Source: an uncultured Desulfosarcina sp.
Lineage (GTDB): Bacteria > Desulfobacterota > Desulfobacteria > Desulfobacterales > Desulfosarcinaceae
Direction of reading: 5' to 3'
Length of the DNA: 64,000 nt
NCBI GenBank assembly: GCA_963674945.2
Contig: CAXXWQ010000003.1
Coordinates: forward strand, 384,001 to 448,000
The first letter of the stretch is position 1; every line of letters starts with the position of its first letter. The notes below the pieces were generated by a model. The model was given only the letters and a program-made list of their open reading frames with translations, searched no databases and had not been told where the DNA came from. Both the position numbers and the translations under genes were made by a program. Positions 20,236 to 30,010 of the stretch are shown here, in pieces.

Positions 20236-20552
20236 TGTTCCTCGATGCGCATCAAGATCGCCTTGAAATGAGGCAAAGAAAACGCCGTCCAGTCGGACAC
20301 CGCCTGCGCCTCGAAACGAAGGCCGCTCGCCCGGGTCACCACATCGCCGTTTTGCAGCGCGAACGCCGTATAGATCTTAAGCTGCGCGTGCTCCCGGTCG
20401 CCTTCGGGCAGTTTCTGCAAGTCGGTTCCGGACAGCGGCTGGATGTTCCCGGCGGCGTCGTAATTCGTCGGGTCCCCGGCAATCCACCGGCCGCTTACAT
20501 AGCTGCCCGCGGCGGTTCTGGTCACGGTGATGGGTTCGACGGCAAGATTCAT
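20232..20552 (-). CDS. Head-tail joining protein
   Basis: GSYVSGRW, IQPLSGTDLQKLPEG; synteny. Confidence 0.7.
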   Translation of the reverse strand: MNLAVEPITVTRTAAGSYVSGRWIAGDPTNYDAAGNIQPLSGTDLQKLPEGDREHAQLKIYTAFALQNGDVVTRASGLRFEAQAVSDWTAFSLPHFKAILMRIEEQ

Positions 20553-21022
20553 GTTTTCACCTGGTGGGTGATGGATTGACGAAGCCGGCCCTCATCGTTC
20601 AACGGTTTCGGTTCGGTACGACCGCGTTTGATCTTGGCCGCCTTGACCGACGCGGCATTTTCCACATACGGCTCGCCGCCGGCCCGGATCTTTGCCTGCA
20701 CCTTGCCCACGAACCAGATGCCGATCCGGTTGAGAAAGGTTTCCTGCTTTACTTTTCCGGTCACGATGTCGACCTTGGCCTTGTCCACCGCCCTTTCGAT
20801 CGTCTCTTCTTCCTCGTCCAGCGTCGACCGCAAAAAAGAGCGTTTCGGGATCATCACGTTCCGGCTCTTCCCGGCCTTGTCCGTTCCGAACTCATGGGCT
20901 CCGGCGATGATCACCATCTCCGCGTCCTCTTCGCCGAACACACCCACATCCACGCGGCCGTGAAGTTTTTTCACCCGGTCGACGAAATCGTCCATGCCGC
21001 TATCGATGATCGTCACACTCAT
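20549..21022 (-). CDS. Virion morphogenesis/neck protein
   Basis: AGAHEFGT, IPKRSFLR, KPLNDEGRLRQSI. Confidence 0.8.
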   Translation of the reverse strand: MSVTIIDSGMDDFVDRVKKLHGRVDVGVFGEEDAEMVIIAGAHEFGTDKAGKSRNVMIPKRSFLRSTLDEEEETIERAVDKAKVDIVTGKVKQETFLNRIGIWFVGKVQAKIRAGGEPYVENAASVKAAKIKRGRTEPKPLNDEGRLRQSITHQVKT

Positions 21023-21041
21023 TAGGCTATTCCTCTTCCAG

Positions 21042-21164
21042 CCGGGTTCGTAAAACGCCCGAGATCAAGGCTTGCGAACCCAGAGGAGCGAGTCGTACAA
21101 GTAGTACGTCGCAGCGACGAGGGGTGAAGCGTAACGCCGATATCGGGTGCTTTTACGAATCCGG
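21042..21164. repeat. Palindromic MITE/REP-like host repeat, family A, inside the prophage
   Basis: CCGGGTTCGTAAAA...TTTTACGAATCCGG termini; related copies at 43753 and 54468. Confidence 0.7.
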
Positions 21165-21167
21165 AAC

Positions 21168-21515
21168 TCATGGTGTCACCATCATAAATCCGGAAATGGT
21201 GCTTTTCTTAAGCCGTTTGAACTCCCTGCCGTACTTGGTTTCGGAAAGGCCGTCCGCACTGGCATCTCCTGCCGCGTATGTCGTGGAAACATCGCCGACC
21301 TTTTCCGAGACCACTGTCCCGCCCGAAGACGACTTGGCGATCACGGCCAGCTTGTGCGCGACCAGATACCGCTGGGCCATCTCCTGTTTTTCTCCCCAGG
21401 CGGCCGCGGTGATCATGAGCGCTGCATCGGCCAAAACGATGTCCCAGGCGTCCTGGGACACGTCGGCCAGTTCCGGGGCGATGGCCAGCACATTGGCCTG
21501 GGTGGTGTCCGCCAT
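21168..21515 (-). CDS. Head-tail adaptor (DUF4054)
   Basis: APEL, YLVAHKL, VVSEKVGDVSTTY, TKYGREF. Confidence 0.85.
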   Translation of the reverse strand: MADTTQANVLAIAPELADVSQDAWDIVLADAALMITAAAWGEKQEMAQRYLVAHKLAVIAKSSSGGTVVSEKVGDVSTTYAAGDASADGLSETKYGREFKRLKKSTISGFMMVTP

Positions 21516-21914
21516 TTACTCTTTCTCCGCCTTCTTCTTCTCGATCTCGGCGATGGCCTCGGCCTGCTTTTCGATGGCTGCCAGTACTGTCTTTCGCTGT
21601 TCTCCGGACTCTTCGAATGTTCGGTATTCGGAAAGCTTGTCCGCATCGATGGTGCCTTCGATCAGGTCGATGAACTCTTTTGCGTTGAGCTCTTCCACCT
21701 TCACGGTTTTTGTGGTTTCGGTAGGTCCGCCGACCGGAATCAGAAAATTGCCGTAGTGGGCGTCCCATGCCTCTTCTCCGGCCTCTTTCATGACCGCTTC
21801 CAAAATATCCGGATCGATGTTGTTGTTGCCCGGCACAAACGAAAACGTGCCGGTGGATTTGCCCTGTTTCCAGGGCAGGTGGGTAAGGGTCGGGCTCTTG
21901 TTGATGACAATCAT
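21516..21914 (-). CDS. Phage hypothetical protein
   Basis: GAGGAG RBS; lies in the head operon; E..GEQRKTVLAAI C-terminus. Confidence 0.65.
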   Translation of the reverse strand: MIVINKSPTLTHLPWKQGKSTGTFSFVPGNNNIDPDILEAVMKEAGEEAWDAHYGNFLIPVGGPTETTKTVKVEELNAKEFIDLIEGTIDADKLSEYRTFEESGEQRKTVLAAIEKQAEAIAEIEKKKAEKE

Positions 21915-21948
21915 TGAAAGACTCCTCGTTGATGGTTGAAAAGGCGGA

Positions 21949-22902
21949 TCAGATGCCGGTGAAGAACAAAAACGCCAGCGGGTACCGCACAACAACGCCG
22001 CCGATGCGCGACTCGCCGGGCACGATCATCTCCAGCCCCTTTTCCTGGGCCGGATAGATCGTAAGCTCCATGGGAACGCGAAGCTCGAAGTTCTCACGGG
22101 ATTTTTCGTACAGCACCATGCCGTCCTTAGTTCCGGATACGAACGCATTGTCCAGCTCGCCGTACATGGGCTCGATGGTCTTGATGCCGTACTTGTCGGA
22201 TTTGGAAAGAAGGAATTCCAAAATGGTTTTATCGCTGTTGTCGCTTCTCGGCGTACCGGCGATCAGGTCGTACTGCGCATTGGGCAGCAATGCCGTGTCG
22301 GCCTGGTGAATGCCCTTGGACTGGGTGCGCACCTTGGACGTGGCCAGGTAAAAATCCTTGATGATCTCGTCCGGCGTCTTGCTGGCCCAGTCCGGCGTCC
22401 CGGCATCGCCGTTGCCGGCCGCCAAGGTCGGGATGTTGGTGTTGCTCAAAAATCCGGGAATGCCGCTTGCGGCATGCCCGTTCCATGCGATCGCACTTTC
22501 CCGCTCGCGAACGGACCGCCGTTGGGCCGCCGCCTTTTCGGTCTCCAGGCCCACGCCGGCCATCATGGCGGCACGGATCTCCTGGCGGCTGTATCCCACC
22601 GCGCAGCCGATCGAGCGCACCGGGTGAGAATAGGATTTGCCGTACACGTCGGCACGGGGCAGATCCTGGCTGTAGTCGGCGATGATCTTGGCCATGCCGA
22701 TCCGCTCGTACATGATGTAGGTGATGGTCTCCGCGCCGGAGTTGTCCCGGTTGGAAACGGGGATCAGGTTGCGGTATTTTAGTTCCCGCTCCTTGAACCG
22801 GTAAATCTCCGCCTCCACCGCCTCGAGCTGGCGCGACGTGAACAGCGCGGCGTTCTGGTCGATGGCGTCGAGAAATACTCTTACTGCGTCGATTCGAATC
22901 AT
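21949..22902 (-). CDS. Major capsid protein (DUF2184/encapsulin-like)
   Basis: RQLEAVE, DLPRADV, YSRQEIRAA, WASKTPDEI, GGVVVRYP. Confidence 0.9.
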   Translation of the reverse strand: MIRIDAVRVFLDAIDQNAALFTSRQLEAVEAEIYRFKERELKYRNLIPVSNRDNSGAETITYIMYERIGMAKIIADYSQDLPRADVYGKSYSHPVRSIGCAVGYSRQEIRAAMMAGVGLETEKAAAQRRSVRERESAIAWNGHAASGIPGFLSNTNIPTLAAGNGDAGTPDWASKTPDEIIKDFYLATSKVRTQSKGIHQADTALLPNAQYDLIAGTPRSDNSDKTILEFLLSKSDKYGIKTIEPMYGELDNAFVSGTKDGMVLYEKSRENFELRVPMELTIYPAQEKGLEMIVPGESRIGGVVVRYPLAFLFFTGI

Positions 22903-22978
22903 GATGGACTCCTCTTAAAAGGGGTTTTTTTACTGTTGCTGCGGATATCGGGCAAATTGGCCATTTCCGGTCGGATAC

Positions 22979-23455
22979 TTAGGTCAAGTTGAGATCCAGC
23001 AGCGCCACCTCTCCCGCCTCCGCGTCGGTGACAAACTTGGCATTGGGCAGGGCAACGGCGTCGGTGCCGTCGGCATCGCTGCGAAAGGCGCCAAGCTGCT
23101 CCGCCCCTTCGGCGACGAACCGGACGAAGGCCGCGCTCTCCGCTTCCACCGCGTCCTCCACCGGCACCCATACGCGCCCCTTTTTTACCACCGGCATCAC
23201 ATCCTTGTCCGCATACCCCTCGTCCTGGGGTTGGGTATGGCTGCGTGCGACAACGCCGAGGCCGACCAGGCCGGTCACCTCACCTGTGGCGTCAGGCAGT
23301 ACGGCAAGACCTTCGCCGCTGCCCTTGGTGACGAACGAACCGAAGGGGATGATGTCGCCTTGCTCGTTGGCGTACGTCAAAACGTCGGATTTGCCGATGT
23401 CGGCGATCTGCCCGGCAAGGCCGACTTCCATGTTCTCTCTGACTGAAGTCTGCAT
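22979..23455 (-). CDS. Capsid decoration/cement protein
   Basis: GLAGQIAD, IPFG, GRVWV; lies between protease and capsid genes. Confidence 0.75.
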   Translation of the reverse strand: MQTSVRENMEVGLAGQIADIGKSDVLTYANEQGDIIPFGSFVTKGSGEGLAVLPDATGEVTGLVGLGVVARSHTQPQDEGYADKDVMPVVKKGRVWVPVEDAVEAESAAFVRFVAEGAEQLGAFRSDADGTDAVALPNAKFVTDAEAGEVALLDLNLT

Positions 23456-23515
23456 AATATTCTCCCTGGTTTGAAAAGCGGTTGCGTCAGGCGATCTTCA
23501 CGGCGCTATACGGCG

Positions 23516-24676
23516 CTATGAATCTGCGCCGTCAAACAGCGCGTTGGATTTTTCGATGAATTCGGCCCGGTGATCGGTCTTGGTCTCGGTCTTCTTGGCG
23601 TCTGCGATAAACGTGGCCAGACCGTTTTGGGCGCCCTCTTTTTTGGCGGCGTCGAGGATTTCGACAACGGCGTCGAACCGGGCGTTGATGTATTCGTCGG
23701 ATTTTCCGTCGGCAGTAAAATCCGGCGCCTGCTTTTGGATCACGGCCACCTTGACCGCCTTGTTGTCCAGGCCGTCGGTCTTGATCTCCAGGCTGCCGGC
23801 CACGTCCTCCAGGGCCTTGCGATCGGCGATGATGGCCTGGATCTTCTCGCCGGAAGGATCGCTCAGGGCCTCCACATCAGCTTTCAGCTTTGCGCTTTCC
23901 GCTTCCAACGTGTCGACCTTTGCCTGGGCTTCATCGGATTTTCTCGTCATCGCAACGATCCTGGCGGCCTGCGTTTTGATCACATCCACCGCCTCGTCGA
24001 GCTTGGCGGACATGCGGGACAAGACGCCCTGGGCGTCCTTGGGGACCTGCTCCTCGATGGCGTCCATCGAAAAACCGTCGATCTTCAGTGCTTTGCGGAT
24101 AAACGTAAACATGGGGTTTGCCTCCTTCTGGTCGAGTTGAAGTTTGATTTTCTCACCCGCCCGTCCCTGGGCCACGATGGCGACATGGTTGTAGCGGATG
24201 TTTTTCTGCACGGCGTCGTAATGCCCTTCGGTGGGATGCTCGCCGGATATGGGCGCAAGGTCGGCCCGGTACCCGCAGGACAGCTCCACGCCTTTGCCCC
24301 GGGCACGCATGTCCTGCACATATTCGATCACCGCCTTGTCCGTGATCTTCACCCGACACTTGACCACCTCGTCATCGTGGGTGATGTTCTCGCCGGTCAC
24401 ACCGACCTGAAGGCGGCGGATGTTGTCCGTGGTGACGATCTTTTCGCCCGGGTGCAAAAACGTAATGGGCTGCATGGCAAGAGAAGCCAGGGACTGGTCC
24501 GAAAACACCTCTTCCGGCGGCCGTAATTCCCGGATCAGGTTGCCGTCGGCATCGTGGTAGTCGAATACCCCGGTCCGTGTGGCGAACGCATCGCAGACCA
24601 GGTATCCTTCCGGCGTGATCTCGAAGGCGCCGTCGGCCCGGTCCAGGCGGATGGTAAACGTACGACTTTCTTTCAT
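23516..24676 (-). CDS. DUF2213 prohead protease/scaffold
   Basis: TPEGYL, ELRPPEEVF, ELSCGY, YNHVAIV.QGRAG. Confidence 0.9.
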   Translation of the reverse strand: MKESRTFTIRLDRADGAFEITPEGYLVCDAFATRTGVFDYHDADGNLIRELRPPEEVFSDQSLASLAMQPITFLHPGEKIVTTDNIRRLQVGVTGENITHDDEVVKCRVKITDKAVIEYVQDMRARGKGVELSCGYRADLAPISGEHPTEGHYDAVQKNIRYNHVAIVAQGRAGEKIKLQLDQKEANPMFTFIRKALKIDGFSMDAIEEQVPKDAQGVLSRMSAKLDEAVDVIKTQAARIVAMTRKSDEAQAKVDTLEAESAKLKADVEALSDPSGEKIQAIIADRKALEDVAGSLEIKTDGLDNKAVKVAVIQKQAPDFTADGKSDEYINARFDAVVEILDAAKKEGAQNGLATFIADAKKTETKTDHRAEFIEKSNALFDGADS

Positions 24677-25572
24677 GCGGCTTTCTTCTCCTTGGCCTTG
24701 TACTCCATGAATTCGTCCAACACCGGCTCGGCCGTACACCGGCATTGAAAGTCCTCGCCCGGGTGTCCGGTATCCGGCGGATCATCCCATCGAAACCGCT
24801 TTCCGTTGTTGGCAAGGTGCGACGGCCGGTCCGCGCCGTCATTGGTCGATCGCCAGATGTACTCCTCCACGCCGGCCTCTGTCTGGCGAAGCTCTGTCAG
24901 TTTGCCGTTGAGGCTGCTCACCTGGTCCCGGGCGATGAACCGTGCCCGGCTTTTGGTCGTATCCAGCTTTTTTTGAATGGCCTTTTCCAGGGCCCGGACG
25001 CTGTCACCGGCCTCCACCCGGGCCATGATCATCACCTGCAGGTCCCTGGCCGCCTTGTCCGTGATATCCTTGATCAGGCCGACGTTATTGAAAACGAACG
25101 CCTCGATCTTGGGCCGCAGCCATTTCTCCTGGCGAAGCACCGGGATGCCGAGCACGGACGAGAACTGCCCGTCCACCTGCCCCTTGTTGAAATCCGATGT
25201 GCGGGTGGCGAACCGCCCGGCAGCTTCCCGGATGTCCTCGTCCGTTACCCGGGCCGCCACGTTCAAACGGATGCCGTCGAATACCTTGCCGATCATCTCG
25301 CCGTATCCGTCTTCTTTTTGTGAAAACATGGCATCGGCTTTTAAGTCCTCGTTTCTCGCCGAAACGATTTCTCCGAGCACCGGCACCAGCGATTTTTTGA
25401 TCTGATCGAAAAATGGTTCCGTCAGGCGCAACAGTTCCGCCCTGTAGGACCTCTCGATGGCCGTCGGGTGCAATTGCGCCCGCGGGCGCCGTTTTCTCGG
25501 CAACCGCCGGCCGGCGGCCTTCATCATTTCTCGCCGGGCCCGGATGGCGGCCTGTTTGTCGGCAGGCGTCAT
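24673..25572 (-). CDS. Head morphogenesis protein (Mu F/SPP1 gp7 family)
   Basis: RARFIARDQ, YIWRS, RPSH, HPGEDFQCRC. Confidence 0.9.
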   Translation of the reverse strand: MTPADKQAAIRARREMMKAAGRRLPRKRRPRAQLHPTAIERSYRAELLRLTEPFFDQIKKSLVPVLGEIVSARNEDLKADAMFSQKEDGYGEMIGKVFDGIRLNVAARVTDEDIREAAGRFATRTSDFNKGQVDGQFSSVLGIPVLRQEKWLRPKIEAFVFNNVGLIKDITDKAARDLQVMIMARVEAGDSVRALEKAIQKKLDTTKSRARFIARDQVSSLNGKLTELRQTEAGVEEYIWRSTNDGADRPSHLANNGKRFRWDDPPDTGHPGEDFQCRCTAEPVLDEFMEYKAKEKKAA

Positions 25573-26933
25573 TCCATTTCCTCCGTTTCCATGTCGGCGC
25601 CCTCGTTATCCGAGGGATTTTCCCGCCCTTCCAGCTCGATGACAGTCTCCATGCTGTACCCGTCCGGCCCGAACCGGTTGATGGCAACCTCTTCGGGCGT
25701 CAGCACCTGGTTGGTGATGTAGATCGCATCCGTCTCGGCCACCGTCTTTCGCGTATCGGCAAGCTCCTTTTCCGTGGACTGCCACAGCGGCGCGAAAGAA
25801 AAGGACCAGTCGCCGCCGGCTTTGCCATGTTCTGCCAGGATCAGCTCGATGACGCGCGTCAACGGATAGCGGATGTGCTTTTGCTGATACGCCTTGACCC
25901 GGTCGTAGTAGTTACGGGTCGTCTCGTCAGCACCGGACAGGGTTCCCAATTGCTGCCCGAAAAGCCGGGTCTTCGGAATATCCGAAGCGGCGGACATCAG
26001 GTCCATGTACTTGTCCATCAGCTCGACCAGGCCGGTGATGGGGTTCTGAACCTTTGTAAACTCCTCGTCCGATCCGATCAGGGCAAGGCCGATGGAGGAC
26101 ATCCCCGCGGCGGCGTACTGCATGCGCGCAAACAGCGTCGCCTCTTCGCCGCTTGCGATCAGCTCGGCCAGGTTCGGGATCTTGAGCGTCTTGGTAATGA
26201 AATCCTGAAACAGCACGGCGCCGGACTGGATACTGGTTCCGAACTGCTTGAGCTGCTCGTTGATGGCAACGAACACCGAATCGTGCCAGCCCTGGTTTTG
26301 CAGCCGTTGCCGGTCCGGCAGCCAGCTTCCGTTGAACCGGATCAAGCGCGATTCGTGGATGACGGCGCCGGAGCTCACCTGTGCGGCATTGGCCGCGTTG
26401 ATCCGGTAGGTCTCCGGCATCCCGAAATTGGGTTTCATGGGGTCGTCATAGGTTTTTGCCGGCGTGATCTGCCACCGGTCCAGCACCGTCAAAGACTGCA
26501 ATCCCTTCACGCGCGATGCGCCCAAGGGCTCTTCCGGGTTCCCACCGTCCGTGGTTCCAAGGATGACCGTCGATCCGCCATAAAGCCGGGACAGCCGCAA
26601 CGCCTCTTCGAACACCGGCCAGACGTTGATCTCCTCCATTCTCAGGTTGACTCGCTGCCCTTCCTCCGGGTCCTCGATGGAAAGGTTGATCCGCTGCCGG
26701 CATGCGTCTTCGGGAAGTGCGTTGACGATCCGGCGTGGCAGCCAGAAATACCGGTACATCTCCTCCAGCTCGGTCTGGCTCGGCACGATGCCGCCGACAA
26801 ACTCGGTCCGCCGCATGGGGTCTTTCGGCCCGCCGAACCCGGAAAAGGCGTTCACGTACATGTCCGTGCGCGTATGGGTGGGCTTTCCGCTGCGGGCCTC
26901 GAAGGCGGCCAGTTTTTGGGAAAGGTCCGTCAT
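25569..26933 (-). CDS. Portal protein (DUF1073)
   Basis: SRLYGG, PNFGMPETY, IHESRLIRF, IPKTRLFG, NYYD, FAPLWQ. Confidence 0.9.
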   Translation of the reverse strand: MTDLSQKLAAFEARSGKPTHTRTDMYVNAFSGFGGPKDPMRRTEFVGGIVPSQTELEEMYRYFWLPRRIVNALPEDACRQRINLSIEDPEEGQRVNLRMEEINVWPVFEEALRLSRLYGGSTVILGTTDGGNPEEPLGASRVKGLQSLTVLDRWQITPAKTYDDPMKPNFGMPETYRINAANAAQVSSGAVIHESRLIRFNGSWLPDRQRLQNQGWHDSVFVAINEQLKQFGTSIQSGAVLFQDFITKTLKIPNLAELIASGEEATLFARMQYAAAGMSSIGLALIGSDEEFTKVQNPITGLVELMDKYMDLMSAASDIPKTRLFGQQLGTLSGADETTRNYYDRVKAYQQKHIRYPLTRVIELILAEHGKAGGDWSFSFAPLWQSTEKELADTRKTVAETDAIYITNQVLTPEEVAINRFGPDGYSMETVIELEGRENPSDNEGADMETEEME

Positions 26934-28471
26934 GCGACCATCCTTTGCATCATCCTGCCGATTACACCGCGCGCGCCGAGCCGTTTCAGCGCGTCGGCAA
27001 CCGAAGATCCGCCCTGCTGGAGAAGGGACACGGCGCCCTCCAGGGCGTCGGGCCCGTCATCGTTGACGTTTTTGTTGAGAAGGTAGATCAGTTGTTCGAC
27101 CAGACGGTCCTGGTCGCTGTGGCCTTTTCGAAAACGAAGTTTTCCGAACTCGACGAGATAGGAAAGCGTTCCGATGATCCGCGCCTCCTTGTTCGTGCTG
27201 TGAAGCTTCGGGCGCCAGGGAAGATACCGGCCGGTCTGCTTGGCATAGTTCTGGATCGCCTCGTGGAGAAAATCGTGAAACATGTTCTCTTCGATCCCCA
27301 CCGGGCCGTGGTACTCGTCATGCTGCCGGTAGGCGGCGGCGAACATCTCGGACGGGCTGGCATGCCGGATCCAGGCGTGCAGCACGTAGAAAATCATCGT
27401 GGCCCTGTCCAGCCCGACGGTGACGCACGCCTTGTAATCGTTGTTCTCGCCGCTTTTCGCGCTGGGGTCCGTGAAGCTTGCCGTGCGAAGCTCGATCCCG
27501 GCAATTTCCTCGATTTCGTAGTACCGGAACCATGTCTCGGGAAAAGGCGAGTTTTCTGCGCCGGTGAGGTTGCGCATCTCGGCATTGAAATCCACCGTGC
27601 CCATCTGGCGCTGTTTTTTCTCCAGGCGTTCCGCCGGCCACAGCGCCGGCCACAACGGCCTTTGGGTGGGTTTGCCGTAATCGATCCAGCAGTCGTACAC
27701 CTTGGAGACGTACAGCTTGTTTCCTTCTTCGTCCTTGGCGGCGATGAGCTGGGAGATGACGCTTTTCGGGTGAAACAGGTTCCCGACCATGTTCGCCGTG
27801 TACCCGGCGCCCATGCTGCCGATCACGGCCCGGACCAGCCAGCGCTTTCCCTTTTCCACCTGTTTGGGATTCTCGACATTCTCGTCGTTTTCGAAATCGT
27901 CGATGATGGCGCGATCCGGACGGTGCTGCCGGTTTTTCAGGCCGCGGACCTTTTCTCCCCGGCCCCTTGCCAGAACACGCACCCCGTTTGCCGTCGTAAA
28001 ATCGTTCTTCTTCCAGACCTTGCCGAAAAAATCGCCGAAGTCATGGCGCAAACGGGGATTTTCTTCGAGCTCCAGCCGGATCGGAAGGGTAAACCCGCTG
28101 GCCTGGTCGTTGGTGTCCGAGATGATCAGGATGAACCACCGCAACTGGTACACGATGTCGTGGATCGGCAGGCCCAGTGTGAAGAACGTGGATTTGGCAT
28201 GCTCGCGCGGGGCCCCCAAAAGAACCAGGGCGTCCTTGACCTCGGTCAAGTCCTCCCATTCTGAATGGCAATCGGCGAATGCGACCGGAAAGTAATGCGG
28301 CAGGTACGTCTTGAAAAAATAGAGCAGATCGTACTCGGCCCGCATCTTTCGCTCGGCCTGCTTATCCGGGGTGTCGTTTTCGAACGGCGACACCGATTCT
28401 GCGATCCAGGCCTTGATGTCATCGGCCCAGCGGTCGAAGCGAAGTTCGGTAAGTTTAGGACGCTTGCGCAT
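26930..28471 (-). CDS. terL: Terminase large subunit
   Basis: APREHAKST, RGLK, RPDRAIIDDFE, DPS, DDGPDA. Confidence 0.9.
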   Translation of the reverse strand: MRKRPKLTELRFDRWADDIKAWIAESVSPFENDTPDKQAERKMRAEYDLLYFFKTYLPHYFPVAFADCHSEWEDLTEVKDALVLLGAPREHAKSTFFTLGLPIHDIVYQLRWFILIISDTNDQASGFTLPIRLELEENPRLRHDFGDFFGKVWKKNDFTTANGVRVLARGRGEKVRGLKNRQHRPDRAIIDDFENDENVENPKQVEKGKRWLVRAVIGSMGAGYTANMVGNLFHPKSVISQLIAAKDEEGNKLYVSKVYDCWIDYGKPTQRPLWPALWPAERLEKKQRQMGTVDFNAEMRNLTGAENSPFPETWFRYYEIEEIAGIELRTASFTDPSAKSGENNDYKACVTVGLDRATMIFYVLHAWIRHASPSEMFAAAYRQHDEYHGPVGIEENMFHDFLHEAIQNYAKQTGRYLPWRPKLHSTNKEARIIGTLSYLVEFGKLRFRKGHSDQDRLVEQLIYLLNKNVNDDGPDALEGAVSLLQQGGSSVADALKRLGARGVIGRMMQRMVA

Positions 28472-28925
28472 GGTGCTCCTTGAACCGGCTTACGATCGTA
28501 TCGAAATTTCTCGCAAACACCTTCAGACCGCCCGGGTCCACATCCTTGAGGGTTTCTGCGATGAACGCCATGTCTTCGAGAAAAAGCTTGGGACGGTCGA
28601 TCTCCACGGTCTCGGAATCGTTGTTTTTCTCGCTGTCCATTTGCAGCTTGAGAACCTTTAATGCCGCATAGGCTTGTTGCGGATCCTCGGAATCCACCGC
28701 CTTTTGCAGCATCGTGTCCCTAAGCTTGACAAGCTGCTGTTTCAGTGTTCGTTTGCTCGTAAGGTACTTGGCCCGCTTTTCCCGCCAGTGGCCGTCTTTA
28801 GCCCAGCGTTTTAGCTGAGAAACGGAAACTCCGGTGGCATCGGCGACCTGCTCGTAGGTTTTACGCTCCTCTACGTACAGGTCCTCGGCTTCGAACCGGA
28901 TCTTAAGGTCAATTTCCTGTGCCAT
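28455..28925 (-). CDS. Terminase small subunit-like (DUF1804-type HTH)
   Basis: AEDLYVE...GVSVSQLKRW...W; directly upstream of terL. Confidence 0.75.
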   Translation of the reverse strand: MAQEIDLKIRFEAEDLYVEERKTYEQVADATGVSVSQLKRWAKDGHWREKRAKYLTSKRTLKQQLVKLRDTMLQKAVDSEDPQQAYAALKVLKLQMDSEKNNDSETVEIDRPKLFLEDMAFIAETLKDVDPGGLKVFARNFDTIVSRFKEHHAQAS

Positions 28926-29014
28926 TGATTTGTCGAATACGTTCCAGTGTGCGTTCCAGGGCCTTGAGGCTCATGACGAAAGACAAGCGCTGCAATCGGT
29001 ATTTCAGCAGAAAA

Positions 29015-29224
29015 TCAGCCATCTTTTTGTCCCGAAAGATTGGCAGCCATCACGCCCAGCTCCTTGACCAGGTCAACCAGCATGCCGGTCACCCTGTCCA
29101 TGAGGTTGCGGTATCCCTGCCAAAGCCGCCAGATGGCATAAAACGCAACGGCATTGACGGTAAGGCTCAAAAGCAGGGCCGCGTCCTTGCTGCCGGCGAC
29201 ATCCTTGATCCAGTGCCAGTTCAC
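29015..29224 (-). CDS. Small membrane protein
   Basis: 69 aa, one hydrophobic helix; translationally coupled to the upstream gene. Confidence 0.5.
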   Translation of the reverse strand: MNWHWIKDVAGSKDAALLLSLTVNAVAFYAIWRLWQGYRNLMDRVTGMLVDLVKELGVMAANLSGQKDG

Positions 29225-29622
29225 GATCGTTTGGACTTGTGCTTGAGCGCGCTGGATTCTGCGACGTCCCGGGCAGATTCGCTTTGCCGTTTCAGGTCAG
29301 CGGAAATGTCGAACATGTCCAGTGCTCGTTCGAACTCGTTGGCCGTCTCGTTGTCCACCCTTCCGCCGGAGAACAGGTGGCTGGCCGTGGCCATGAAGCG
29401 GCTGGCCAGCCGGTCCCTGGGCGTCTCTTCCTTGGAAATGTTCTCGCCACCGTCTTCCAGGGCCATCAATAGCTGATCCAGCCGGGTGTTCAGGGCCTGG
29501 GCCAGATCCTCCACGGACTGCTCAAGACGCGACAAGTCTCCATAATGCCGGCCGTTGGTGCCCAGATAGCCCAAAACCGCATGTTTCAATTGTTTGATTT
29601 TCTGGATGCTTTGCCGCGTCAT
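29221..29622 (-). CDS. Phage hypothetical protein
   Basis: 133-aa ORF with GAGGAGG RBS in the late operon. Confidence 0.55.
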   Translation of the reverse strand: MTRQSIQKIKQLKHAVLGYLGTNGRHYGDLSRLEQSVEDLAQALNTRLDQLLMALEDGGENISKEETPRDRLASRFMATASHLFSGGRVDNETANEFERALDMFDISADLKRQSESARDVAESSALKHKSKRS

Positions 29623-29833
29623 CTTTCCTCCTCAATGCGTTAAATGACGAAAAGTAGGTGTTAACCGCGAATGGCCTTGATGGCCCCTTCGATGAGTCCG
29701 GCTTCTTACTCGGCCCTCTCCTGCCATTTCAGGCACCGCCGCCAGCCCGGTACCGCCTTTTCCCTTGATCGGCAAGGGCCAGGCCGAGAAAATAATCGGA
29801 CACGGCCTGGCCGTAATCGCCATCATTCATGGA

Positions 29834-30001
29834 CTATTTGAGCATGCCGGTACGAACGAAAACGACACTCAGCGCAGCCAATGATCCCTGGATGGCCTGC
29901 ATCCATGTCGTCTCGCCGGAAACGGCGCCGCCGATCGCAGCAACAGCTCCTGCCACGCCTGTCCAAACCGCCTTGCTCTGGTACCACTTCTTCTTTTCCA
30001 T
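29834..30001 (-). CDS. Putative holin (55 aa; below the ORF-track cutoff)
   Basis: MEKKKWYQSKAVWTGVAGAVAAIGG...SLAALSVVFVRTGMLK; two TM segments, AGGAGG RBS, follows the endolysin candidate. Confidence 0.7.
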   Translation of the reverse strand: MEKKKWYQSKAVWTGVAGAVAAIGGAVSGETTWMQAIQGSLAALSVVFVRTGMLK

Positions 30002-30010
30002 GATGCCTCC

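Noticed and set aside
25569..26933. Anti-CBASS Acb1 annotation sometimes attached to DUF1073 proteins
   Set aside because: Position and motifs indicate a portal; no HxT phosphoesterase domain is evident.
25413..28264. Long plus-strand ORFs (557 and 509 aa) and similar antisense ORFs across the GC-rich phage core
   Set aside because: Shadow frames of well-supported minus-strand genes, with no motifs.
29632..29830. Possible TraR/DksA-like gene remnant after the holin
   Set aside because: Only a short N-terminus-like stretch (MNDDGDYGQAVSD) with no zinc finger; insufficient support.
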